IMG/VR virus record: IMGVR_UViG_2740892233_000025
Length of the DNA stretch: 9,631 nucleotides
Source: a virus
Lineage: Duplodnaviria > Heunggongvirae > Uroviricota > Caudoviricetes
Direction: 5' to 3' (one strand)
Part shown: piece after piece, positions 1 through 7,855 of the stretch
How the letters are laid out: the number at the start of each line of letters is the position of its first letter
Numbering within the stretch: the stretch's first letter is position 1
Program-made: the position numbers and the translations under genes
The notes under the pieces: generated by a model
Seen by the model: only the letters and a program-made list of their open reading frames with translations
Database searches by the model: none
What the model was told of the DNA's origin: nothing

Positions 1-123
1 TCTCTGGTGTACGGCGTGTTTCCAAACCAGGACGGCACGTTCACCGCAATGACGTATACCAAAAGCAAAACGTTTAAAACCGAAAATGGTGCCCGTCGCT
101 GGCTTGCCAAAAATACCAGCTAA
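1..123 (+). CDS. 3' end of an ORF that starts upstream of the window (…GARRWLAKNTS*); product unknown
   Basis: Frame +1 is open from position 1 to TAA at 121-123 with no start codon in the window. I do not recognise the protein. Confidence 0.35.
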   Translation, partial: SLVYGVFPNQDGTFTAMTYTKSKTFKTENGARRWLAKNTS

Positions 124-321
124 ACCATTTATTGGATTAATTCAATATTCTTGCTGTAGGGGTATAGCCGAGGCCACCAAAGCCCGGAGGTGGTGAAATA
201 AAACCGGGCACAACACGAAGGCGCATTTCCGGTATCCATAAAGAGTCGGTCTTGTCTGTTAAATTTAAATGGTGGGAGTGCGCCTCCGGTTGTGAATAAC
301 AACACTGCTGTGTGTAGTCTT

Positions 322-368
322 GGCGGCATCAGTTTTTTCTTGAAGTTCGACTGATGTCCGCCCTTTTT
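322..368 (+). terminator. Candidate rho-independent terminator (imperfect hairpin plus T-run)
   Basis: ggcggcatcag (322-332) pairs with ctgatgtccgcc (351-362) with one bulge, followed by cttttt (363-368). It lies about 200 nt downstream of the stop at 123 and upstream of kilR. Confidence 0.35.
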
Positions 369-543
369 AAAGTGAATTTTGTGATGCGGTGAATGCGGCT
401 AAGCGCACGCGGCACAGTTAAAAGTCATGTTAGTCCTTATTGGTTTGGGTGGGAAAGCCGACTGTAATTGTTAACTGGTTGCAGTCACCTGGAGGCACCA
501 GGCACCGCATCAACAAAGTTCATTTGTAAAAATGGAGATAATT

Positions 544-765
544 ATGATTGCACATCACTTCGGAACTGATGAAATACCACGTCAGTGTGTGACTCCTGGT
601 GATTATGTTCTTCATGAAGGCCGGACATATATCGCCTCGGCAAACAATATTAAAAAGCGAAAACTTTATATTCGTAACCTGACTACAAAAACATGCATTT
701 CTGACTGCATGATTAAAGTCTTCCTCGGTCGTGATGGTTTACCTGTAAAGGCGGAGTCATGGTGA
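544..765 (+). CDS. kilR: KilR, Rac-prophage killing protein (FtsZ/cell-division inhibitor), 73 aa
   Basis: Translation [51 protein letters not shown]… matches my recollection of K-12 KilR. GGAG at 534-537 sits 6 nt before ATG 544; the ORF-track start at 532 is a less likely in-frame upstream ATG. Stop TGA 763-765 overlaps the next start. Confidence 0.85.
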   Translation: MIAHHFGTDEIPRQCVTPGDYVLHEGRTYIASANNIKKRKLYIRNLTTKTCISDCMIKVFLGRDGLPVKAESW

Positions 766-935
766 TGACTAAGAAAATAAAATGTGCTTACCACCTTTGC
801 AATAAAGGAATTGAAGAAAGCAAAAGCATTAAAAGACCACTTCATTTCATGCGTGGAGTTATCCCAACGACGGAAATGAAAAAATATTGTAGTGAAAATT
901 GTGCCGAAAAAGACCAGATGGCACACGAACTTTAA
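765..935 (+). CDS. ydaE: YdaE-like small zinc-binding protein (Cys-rich), 56 aa, variant allele
   Basis: [56 protein letters not shown]. Conserved CxxxxC…CxxxC ends, diverged centre relative to the second copy. Start ATG 765 overlaps the kilR stop (gTGATGa). Too short for the supplied ORF track. Confidence 0.7.
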   Translation: MTKKIKCAYHLCNKGIEESKSIKRPLHFMRGVIPTTEMKKYCSENCAEKDQMAHEL

Positions 936-989
936 TTAACTGACTATGCGAAACTGAATTTATGCCAGCAATGGCAGGGATTCGCTCAA

Positions 990-1001
990 CCTTAATTAAG
1001 G
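990..1001. promoter_or_regulatory. Perfect 12-bp palindrome ccttaattaagg overlapping the racC Shine-Dalgarno
   Basis: Seen directly; conserved at 2733-2744 in the second copy. Function unknown; could be a dimeric protein-binding site or a translational element. Confidence 0.25.
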
Positions 1002-1008
1002 AGAAAAA

Positions 1009-1284
1009 ATGATTACCAATTATGAAGTCACTGTTGTAACTACCGATGACATTGTTCACGAGGTTAATCTGGAAGGAAAGCGTATTGGCTACGTGATTAA
1101 AACAGAAAATAAAGAAACCCCATTCACTGTGGTTGATATTGACGGTCCATCAGGCAACGTAAAAACACTTGATGAAGGTGTCACAAAAATGAGTCTGGTT
1201 CACATCGGAAAGAATCTGCCCGCAGAAAAAAAAGCCGGATTTCTGGCAACTCTGATTGCAATGAAATTAAAAGGTGAAATCTGA
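1009..1284 (+). CDS. racC: RacC, Rac-prophage protein of unknown function, 91 aa
   Basis: MITNYEVTVVTTDDIVHEVNLEGKRIGYVIKTENKETPFTVVDIDGPSGNVKTLDEGV… matches my recollection of K-12 RacC. AAGGAG at 999-1004 precedes ATG 1009. Confidence 0.8.
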   Translation: MITNYEVTVVTTDDIVHEVNLEGKRIGYVIKTENKETPFTVVDIDGPSGNVKTLDEGVTKMSLVHIGKNLPAEKKAGFLATLIAMKLKGEI

Positions 1285-1293
1285 AAAAAGAAA

Positions 1294-1312
1294 GCCTGCA
1301 CAACGTGCAGGC
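1294..1312 (+). promoter_or_regulatory. racC-recE intergenic RNA hairpin (copy A)
   Basis: gcctgcac / gtgcaggc 8-bp stem. The same position in copy B (3034-3058) has a different sequence that still pairs (agcctgcg / cgcaggct), i.e. compensatory changes. Confidence 0.35.
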
Positions 1313-1382
1313 CTGAGTGAAGAACCTGGGACATTTATTCATCACTCGCAGTAATTTTAATCTGAGTTGAGGTTAAAAAACA

Positions 1383-2332
1383 ATGAGCACAAAACCACTC
1401 TTCCTTTTACGGAAAGCGAAAAAATCATCCGGTGAACCTGACGTCGTCCTGTGGGCAAGCGACGATTTTGAATCAACCTGTGCCACTTTGGACTACCTGA
1501 TCGTTAAGTCAGGTAAAAAACTGAGCAACTATTTTAAAGCTGTTGCCACAAATTTTCCTGTCGTTAATGACCTTCCCCCTGAAGGTGAGATCGATTTTAC
1601 CTGGAGTGAACGCTATCAACTCAGCAAAGACTCCATGACCTGGGAACTAAAACCGGGAGCAGCGCCAGACGACGTTCACCATCAGGAGGATGCACCGGAA
1701 ACCGAAGAACCGACGGGAGGCCAGGAAGAAAACGCGCAGGCAGACGCCCACGAGGATTGCCAGGATTGCGAAGTCTCTGTAGCCACTTTGCGGTTCACAC
1801 AGCGTCTTCTGCACATTTTTACGTATGCAGCCGGGGATCGAAAATACCTGCATCATGCCACCCGTGAACAACGCAAACACATTACTGCTCTTGAGATGGA
1901 TCAGGAAAACAGCTATGTCCAGAATCTGCTGTTGGCCATACGCAGCATGGCAGAACCGACAACTCTGGATAATGCCGCCCTGCTCCGCCTGACTGATGCA
2001 ATTAAGGCAGTGTTCTCTATCACGAAAAAACATCAGCCCTATGAATTTAAGAATTTCATTTCAGCCTGGCTGGATACCGAACACATTGATCGCGGTCTTC
2101 TGACAAAAGAATGGCGAAAAGGGAATCGTGTTTCACGCATCACTCGCACGGCTTCCGGTGCTAATGCTGGCGGCGGGAACCTCACCGATCGCGGCGAAGG
2201 TTTCGTCCACGATCTGACATCACTGGCGCGCGATGTAGCCACTGGCGTACTGGCCCGTTCAATGGACGTGGACATCTATAACCTTCATCCGGCACACGCT
2301 AAACGCATTGAGGAAATTATCGCTGAAAATAA
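1383..2332 (+). CDS. recE: RecE (exonuclease VIII) N-terminal region, variant allele, 3'-truncated by the N-run at 2333
   Basis: N-terminus [26 protein letters not shown]… and the segment from DRGLLTKEW to EEIIAEN match the second recE copy. Codons ~97-235 (about 1671-2087) are replaced by unrelated sequence ([14 protein letters not shown]…HEDCQDCEV…). The ORF runs into the N-run. Confidence 0.7.
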
Positions 2333-2342
2333 NNNNNNNNNN
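2333..2342. other. N-run (10 nt), contig junction/gap
   Basis: Literal n characters. Upstream flank is mid-recE, downstream flank is mid-kilR, so the flanks are not contiguous biology. Confidence 0.95.
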
Positions 2343-2508
2343 CGATTATGTTCTTCATGAAGGCCGGACATATATTGCCTCGGCAAACAATATTAAAAAG
2401 CGAAAACTATATATTCGTAACCTGACCACAAAAACATGCATTACTGACCGCATGATTAAAGTCTTCCTCGGTCGTGATGGTTTACCTGTAAAGGCGGAGT
2501 CATGGTGA
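2343..2508 (+). CDS. kilR: KilR, 5'-truncated second copy (begins at …[16 protein letters not shown]…)
   Basis: In-frame kilR C-terminal 55 codons straight after the N-run, ending …[12 protein letters not shown]. Differs from copy A at TCITDRM versus TCISDCM. Confidence 0.75.
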
Positions 2509-2678
2509 TGACTAAGAAAATAAAATGTGCTTACCACCTTTGCAAAAAAGACGTTGAAGAAAGCAAAGCTATTGAAAGAATGCTTCACTTCATGCACGGG
2601 ATTTTATCAAAAGACGAACCGAGAAAATATTGCAGTGAAGCTTGTGCCGAAAAAGACCAGATGGCACATGAACTTTAA
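2508..2678 (+). CDS. ydaE: YdaE, Rac-prophage small zinc-binding protein, 56 aa
   Basis: [56 protein letters not shown], as I recall K-12 YdaE. Start overlaps the kilR stop (TGATG). Confidence 0.8.
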   Translation: MTKKIKCAYHLCKKDVEESKAIERMLHFMHGILSKDEPRKYCSEACAEKDQMAHEL

Positions 2679-2752
2679 TTAATTGACTATTCGAAACTGA
2701 ATTTATGCCAGAAATGGCAGGTATTCGCTCAACCTTAATTAAGGAGAAAAAC

Positions 2753-3028
2753 ATGATTACCAATTATGAAGCCACTGTTGTAACTACCGATGACATTGTT
2801 CACGAGGTGAATCTGGAAGGAAAGCGCATTGGCTACGTAATTAAAACAGAAAATAAAGAAACCCCATTCACTGTGGTTGATATCGATGGTCCATCAGGCA
2901 ACGTAAAAACACTTGATGAAGGTGTCAAAAAAATGTGCCTGGTGCATATCGGAAAGAATCTGCCCGCAGAAAAAAAAGCCGAATTTCTGGCAACTCTAAT
3001 TGCAATGAAATTAAAAGGTGAAATCTGA
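2753..3028 (+). CDS. racC: RacC, second copy, 91 aa
   Basis: MITNYEATVVTTDDIVHEVNLEGKRIGYVIKTENKETPFTVVDIDGPSGNVKTLDEGVKKMCLVHIGKNLPAEKKAEFLATLIAMKLKGEI. The ORF-track start at 2705 is an unlikely upstream extension; AAGGAG at 2742-2747 precedes ATG 2753. Confidence 0.85.
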   Translation: MITNYEATVVTTDDIVHEVNLEGKRIGYVIKTENKETPFTVVDIDGPSGNVKTLDEGVKKMCLVHIGKNLPAEKKAEFLATLIAMKLKGEI

Positions 3029-3033
3029 AAGAA

Positions 3034-3058
3034 ATAGCCTGCGTATGGCGCAGGCTAT
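3034..3058 (+). promoter_or_regulatory. racC-recE intergenic RNA hairpin (copy B)
   Basis: atagcctgcg / cgcaggctat 10-bp stem with loop tatgg. Structure is conserved with copy A while the stem sequence differs. Confidence 0.35.
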
Positions 3059-3129
3059 GAACAGTGTGTATCCGGCAAGATCATTCACTGAACAAAACGA
3101 ATTTTAATCTGAGTTGAGGTTAAAAAACA

Positions 3130-6100
3130 ATGAGCACAAAACCACTCTTCCTGTTACGGAAAGCGAAAAAATCATCCGGTGAACCTGACGTCGTCCTGTG
3201 GGCAAGCAACGATTTTGAATCGACCTGTGCCACTCTGGACTACCTGATCGTTAAGTCAGGTAAAAAACTGAGCAGCTATTTTAAAGCTGTTGCCACGAAT
3301 TTTCCTGTCGTTAATGACCTGCCCGCTGAAGGTGAGATCGATTTTACCTGGAGTGAACGCTATCAACTCAGCAAAGACTCCATGACATGGGAACTAAAAC
3401 CGGGAGCAGCACCAGACAACGCTCACTATCAAGGCAATACCAACGTCAACGGCGAAGACATGACTGAGATTGAGGAGAATATGCTACTCCCAATTTCTGG
3501 CCAGGAACTGCCCATTCGTTGGCTTGCTCAACACGGCAGCGAAAAACCGGTAACGCACGTTTCACGCGACGGACTCCAGGCATTACACATTGCTCGGGCT
3601 GAAGAACTACCGGCTGTTACTGCCCTGGCTGTTTCCCACAAAACCAGCCTGCTCGACCCGCTGGAAATTCGCGAACTCCACAAACTGGTTCGTGACACTG
3701 ACAAAGTTTTCCCTAATCCTGGTAATTCAAACCTGGGACTGATAACTGCTTTTTTCGAAGCATACCTGAACGCTGACTACACCGATCGAGGACTGCTGAC
3801 AAAAGAGTGGATGAAGGGTAATCGTGTTTCACACATCACTCGCACGGCTTCCGGTGCTAATGCTGGCGGCGGAAACCTCACCGATCGCGGCGAAGGTTTC
3901 GTACACGATCTGACGTCACTGGCGCGGGACGTAGCCACTGGCGTACTGGCCCGTTCAATGGATCTGGACATCTATAACCTTCATCCGGCACACGCTAAAC
4001 GCATTGAGGAAATTATCGCTGAAAATAAACCACCCTTTTCTGTTTTCCGCGACAAATTCATCACCATGCCTGGCGGGCTGGATTATTCCCGCGCCATCGT
4101 GGTTGCGTCCGTAAAAGAAGCACCAATTGGGATCGAGGTCATCCCCGCGCACGTCACTGAATATCTGAACAAAGTACTGACTGAAACCGATCATGCCAAC
4201 CCTGATCCGGAAANNNNNNNNNNGAAAGAAGCACCAATTGGGATCGAGGTCATCCCCGCACACGTCACTGAATATCTGAACAAAGTACTGACTGAAACCG
4301 ATCATGCCAACCCTGATCCGGAAATCGTGGATATTGCCTGCGGTCGCTCCTCGGCCCCGATGCCGCAACGAGTAACAGAAGAAGGAAAACAGGACGATGA
4401 AGAAAAACCACAACCATCTGGCGCAATGGCAGATGAACAGGCAACGGCTGAAACAGTGGAACCGAATGCAACTGAACATCATCAGAACACGCAGCCGCTG
4501 GATGCTCAGTCACAGGTAAATTCTGTTGATGCGAAATATCAGGAACTGCGNNNNNNNNNNTGCCCCGATGCCGCAGCGAGTAACAGAAGAAGGAAAACAG
4601 GATTATGAAGAAAAACCGCAACCATCTGGAACAACGGCAGTTGAACAGGGAGAGGCTGAAACAATGGAACCGGACGCAACTGAACATCATCAGGACACGC
4701 AGCCGCTGGATGCTCAGTCACAGGTAAATTCTGTTGATGCGAAATATCAGGAACTGCGGGCAGAACTCCATGAAGCCCGGAAAAACATTCCATCAAAAAA
4801 TCCTGTCGATGCCGATAAATTGCTTGCTGCATCACGTGGTGAATTTGTTGACGGAATTAGCGACCCGAACGATCCGAAATGGGTTAAGGGGATCCAGACT
4901 CGCGATTCTGTGTACCAGAACCAGCCAGAAACGGAAAAAATCAGCCCGGATGCGAAACAACCTGAGCCAGTAGTGCAACAGGAACCGGAAATAGTCTGCA
5001 ATGCCTGCGGTCAGACTGGCGGGGATAACTGCCCTGACTGTGGTGCGGTGATGGGCGACGCAACATACCAGGAAACATTCGATGAAGAGAGTCAGGTTGA
5101 AGCTAAGGAAAATGATCCGGAGGAAATGGAAGGCGCTGAACATCCGCACAATGAGAATGCTGGCAGCGATCCGCATCGCGATTGCAGTGATGAAACTGGC
5201 GAAGTCGCAGATCCCGTAATCGTAGAAGACATAGAGCCAGGTATTTATTACGGAATTTCGAATGAGAATTACCACGCGGGTCCCGGTGTCAGTAAGTCTC
5301 AGCTCGATGACATTGCTGATACTCCGGCACTGTATTTGTGGCGTAAAAATGCCCCCGTGGACACCACAAAGACAAAAACGCTCGATTTAGGAACCGCTTT
5401 CCACTGCCGGGTACTTGAGCCGGAAGAATTCAGTAACCGCTTTATCGTAGCACCTGAATTTAACCGCCGGACAAACTCCGGAAAAGAAGAAGAGAAAGCG
5501 TTTCTGAGGGAATGCGCAAGCACAGGAAAAACGGTTATCACTGCCGAAGAAGGCCGGAAAATTGAACTCATGTATCAGAGCGTTATGGCTTTGCCGCTGG
5601 GGCAATGGCTTGTTGAAAGCGCCGGACACGCTGAATCATCAATNNNNNNNNNNTACAAACGCCGGAAAAGAAGAAGAGAAAGCGTTTCTGATGGAATGCG
5701 CAAGCACAGGAAAAACGGTTATCACTGCGGAAGAAGGCCGGAAAATTGAACTCATGTATCAACGCGTTATGGCTTTGCCGCTGGGGCAATGGCTTGTTGA
5801 AAGCGCCGGACACGCTGAATCATCAATTTACTGGGAAGATCCGGAAACAGGAATTTTGTGTCGGTGCCGTCCGGACAAAATTATTCCTGAATTTCACTGG
5901 ATCATGGACGTGAAAACCACAGCGGATATTCAACGATTCAAAACGGCTTATTACGACTACCGCTATCACGTTCAGGATGCATTCTACAGTGACGGTTATG
6001 AAGCACAGTTTGGCGTGCTGCCAACTTTCGTTTTTCTGGTTGCCAGCACAACTGTTGAATGCGGACGTTACCCGGTTGAGATTTTCATGATGGGCGAAGA

Positions 6101-6233
6101 AGCAAAACTGGCAGGCCAGCAGGAATATCACCGCAATCTGAGGACCCTGGCTGACTGCCTGAATACCGATGAATGGCCAGCTATTAAAACGTTATCACTG
6201 CCCCGCTGGGCTAAGGAGTATGCAAATGACTAA
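3130..6233 (+). CDS. recE: RecE, exonuclease VIII (5'-3' dsDNA exonuclease), full gene but broken by three N-run junctions with duplicated flanks
   Basis: Protein matches my recollection of K-12 RecE from [14 protein letters not shown]… to …[13 protein letters not shown]. Pieces are 3130-4213, 4224-4550, 4561-5643 and 5654-6233; each neighbouring pair overlaps by about 100-190 nt of near-identical sequence, so the span (3104 nt) exceeds the expected ~2.6 kb. The frame is kept across the first junction and shifts at the second and third. Stop TAA 6231-6233. Confidence 0.85.
4214..4223. other. N-run (10 nt), contig junction with duplicated flank
   Basis: About 100 nt before the Ns ([33 protein letters not shown]) is repeated straight after, with one mismatch (gcgcacgtc versus gcacacgtc). 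Confidence 0.95.
4551..4560. other. N-run (10 nt), contig junction with duplicated, diverged flank
   Basis: About 190 nt before the Ns ([17 protein letters not shown]…DAKYQEL) is repeated after with roughly 15 substitutions (…GKQDYEE…[26 protein letters not shown]…). Confidence 0.95.
5644..5653. other. N-run (10 nt), contig junction with duplicated, diverged flank
   Basis: About 170 nt ([16 protein letters not shown]…[24 protein letters not shown]) is repeated after the Ns with substitutions (…FLMECAS…MYQRVMAL…). Confidence 0.95.
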
Positions 6234-7035
6234 GCAACCACCTATCGCAAAAGCCGATCTGCAAAAAACCCAGGGAAACCGTGCACCAGCAGCAGTAAAA
6301 AATAACGACGTGATCAGCTTTATTAATCAGCCATCAATGAAAGAGCAACTGGCAGCAGCTCTCCCACGCCATATGACGGCTGAACGAATGATACGTATCG
6401 CCACCACAGAAATTCGTAAGGTTCCGGCGCTAGGAAACTGTGACACCATGAGTTTTGTCAGTGCGATCGTTCAGTGTTCACAGCTCGGCCTTGAGCCAGG
6501 TAGCGCCCTCGGCCACGCATATTTACTGCCTTTTGGTAATAAAAACGAAAAGAGCGGTAAAAAGAACGTTCAGCTAATCATTGGTTATCGCGGCATGATT
6601 GATCTGGCTCGCCGTTCTGGTCAAATCGCCAGCCTGTCAGCCCGTGTTGTCCGTGAAGGTGACGAGTTTAGTTTTGAATTTGGCCTTGATGAAAAGTTAA
6701 TACACCGCCCGGGAGAAAACGAAGATGCACCAGTGACCCACGTCTATGCTGTCGCAAGACTGAAAGACGGAGGGACTCAGTTTGAAGTTATGACGCGCAA
6801 ACAGATTGAACTGGTGCGCAGCCAGAGTAAGGCTGGTAATAACGGGCCATGGGTAACTCACTGGGAAGAAATGGCAAAAAAAACGGCTATTCGTCGCCTG
6901 TTTAAATACCTGCCTGTCTCAATTGAAATCCAGCGTGCAGTATCAATGGATGAAAAGGAACCACTGACAATCGATCCGGCAGACTCCTCTGTATTAACCG
7001 GGGAATACAGTGTAATCGATAATTCAGAAGAATAA
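6226..7035 (+). CDS. recT: RecT, single-strand annealing recombinase, 269 aa
   Basis: [50 protein letters not shown]… matches my recollection of K-12 RecT. AGGAG at 6214-6218 sits 7 nt before ATG 6226; the ORF-track start at 6169 is an in-frame upstream extension. Overlaps the recE stop by 8 nt. Confidence 0.93.
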   Translation: MTKQPPIAKADLQKTQGNRAPAAVKNNDVISFINQPSMKEQLAAALPRHMTAERMIRIATTEIRKVPALGNCDTMSFVSAIVQCSQLGLEPGSALGHAYLLPFGNKNEKSGKKNVQLIIGYRGMIDLARRSGQIASLSARVVREGDEFSFEFGLDEKLIHRPGENEDAPVTHVYAVARLKDGGTQFEVMTRKQIELVRSQSKAGNNGPWVTHWEEMAKKTAIRRLFKYLPVSIEIQRAVSMDEKEPLTIDPADSSVLTGEYSVIDNSEE

Positions 7036-7091
7036 TTCAGCCTGGCGGTGTAATGCACCGCCAACGTGAGACAGTTTTTATGACAAAAATT

Positions 7092-7286
7092 ATGAGATAT
7101 GACGATGTTAAACCATGTCCGTTTTGTGGTTGTCCATCTGTTACAGTGAAAGCAATTTCAGGATATTACCGGGCAAAATGCAACGGATGCGAATCCCGAA
7201 CTGGCTATGGTGGAAGTGAAAAAGAAGCACTCGAAAGATGGAATAAACGAACTACTGGAAATAATAATGGAGGTGTTCATGTATAA
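7092..7286 (+). CDS. ralR: RalR (Lar), restriction-alleviation protein and type I toxin (DNase), 64 aa
   Basis: MRYDDVKPCPFCGCPSVTVKAISGYYRAKCNGCESRTGYGGSEKEALERWNKRTTGNNNGGVHV, a CxxC…CxxC zinc-ribbon protein at the Rac lar/ralR position. In-frame ATG at 7080 (MTKIMRYD…) is an alternative start. Confidence 0.78.
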   Translation: MRYDDVKPCPFCGCPSVTVKAISGYYRAKCNGCESRTGYGGSEKEALERWNKRTTGNNNGGVHV

Positions 7287-7467
7287 AATAACTGCCACTA
7301 TTGAAAAAGAAGGTGGCACTCCTACTAACTGGACAAGATATTCAAAATCTAAATTAACGAAATCAGAATGCGAAAAAATGCTCTCAGGGAAAAAAGAAGC
7401 AGGCGTGTCCAGAGAGCAGAAAGTAAAGCTGATAAATTTTAATTGCGAGAAACTTCTGTCCTCGTGA
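7279..7467 (+). CDS. Small hypothetical protein at the position of Rac ydaC (62 aa from ATG 7279)
   Basis: ORF 7207-7467. GGAGG at 7268-7272 precedes ATG 7279 (MYKITATIEKEGGTPTNWTRYSKSKL…). Overlaps the ralR stop by 8 nt in another frame. I do not recall the ydaC sequence, so the identity is positional only. Confidence 0.5.
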   Translation: MYKITATIEKEGGTPTNWTRYSKSKLTKSECEKMLSGKKEAGVSREQKVKLINFNCEKLLSS

Positions 7468-7522
7468 GTTGCATTATATACAAATTAGAACTTCATAGCT
7501 GATTATTAAAAATCAACCACAC

Positions 7523-7551
7523 CCGCCAGTATTCTGTATATTTACTGGCGG
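7523..7551. promoter_or_regulatory. Palindrome ccgccagta-N11-tactggcgg upstream of xis
   Basis: Perfect 9-bp inverted repeat seen directly; no T-run follows, so it is not a canonical terminator. Possible operator or RNA structure. Confidence 0.3.
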
Positions 7552-7573
7552 TCATATCGTAAGAGGTATGGCA

Positions 7574-7855
7574 ATGAATCTTGTGACACTCAAAACGTGG
7601 GGAAAACTCAGATATCCGGATAACCCACCATCAATATCAACGCTGAGACGATGGGCAAGGAATGGAAACATTTATCCTGCACCTGAACTACACGGGAGGA
7701 GTTACAGGGTGGTTCCGGAAGCTTTCTATATCAACCCAAATAAGGTTGATACCGATATAACACACCATCAGCCTAATGGGCGACAAGGGAGAGACAGTCC
7801 GTTACTGGAGAAGTTAAAACATGCAGCGGAAAAAATACGATCCCAATTTACCTAA
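7574..7855 (+). CDS. xis: Excisionase (Xis-like recombination directionality factor), 93 aa
   Basis: MNLVTLKTWGKLRYPDNPPSISTLRRWARNGNIYPAPELHGRSYRVVPEAFYI… resembles lambda Xis in its N-terminal half. AAGAGG at 7561-7566 sits 7 nt before ATG 7574 (ORF-track start 7568 is too close to the SD). The 3' end overlaps int by 35 nt, as in lambda. Confidence 0.7.
   Translation: MNLVTLKTWGKLRYPDNPPSISTLRRWARNGNIYPAPELHGRSYRVVPEAFYINPNKVDTDITHHQPNGRQGRDSPLLEKLKHAAEKIRSQFT

Larger units (their letters stand above)
601..2332. repeat. Copy A of a diverged tandem duplication (kilR 3' part, ydaE, racC, recE 5' ~950 nt)
   Basis: Collinear with 2344-4028. Near-identical in kilR, racC and the recE ends; diverged in the middle of ydaE and in recE codons ~97-235. 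Copy A ends at the N-run at 2333. Confidence 0.8.
2344..4028. repeat. Copy B of the diverged tandem duplication (kilR 3' part, ydaE, racC, recE 5')
   Basis: Collinear with 601-2332; see copy A. Confidence 0.8.

Noticed and set aside
129-329. 66-aa minus-strand ORF
   Set aside because: No ribosome-binding site, implausible composition, and it lies in a GC-rich stretch better explained as RNA structure. Treated as non-coding.
666-1059. Minus-strand ORFs 666-926 and 859-1059, and 2355-2597 in copy B
   Set aside because: Antisense to kilR/ydaE/racC, which have clear ribosome-binding sites and recognisable products.
1647-2275. Minus-strand ORFs antisense to the recE copy A (1647-2033, 2039-2275), and the equivalent 3777-3971
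   Set aside because: Inside recE. The 2039-2275 / 3777-3971 pair is conserved only because the underlying recE sequence is conserved.
4526-4560. ORF-track start MMRNIRNC for the 407-aa recE fragment, and the parallel ORF 4734-4973
   Set aside because: Out-of-frame read-through created by the N-run junction; the real frame resumes at 4562 (APMPQRV…).
3955-4690. Minus-strand ORFs of 175 and 141 aa antisense to recE (3955-4482, 4265-4690)
   Set aside because: They lie wholly inside the well-supported recE frame, cross N-runs and duplicated flanks, and have Cys/Phe/Arg-rich low-complexity translations typical of antisense artefacts.
4539-5275. Minus-strand ORFs 4539-4835, 4747-5001 and 4832-5275
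   Set aside because: Antisense to recE with no independent support.
5299-6131. Minus-strand ORFs 5299-5571, 5387-5629, 5583-5813 and 5823-6131
   Set aside because: Antisense to the recE nuclease-domain region; two of them are just the duplicated flank read twice.
6169-6225. N-terminal extension of recT ([19 protein letters not shown]…)
   Set aside because: The internal ATG at 6226 has a proper SD and gives the recognised RecT N-terminus [12 protein letters not shown]; the extension overlaps the recE C-terminus.
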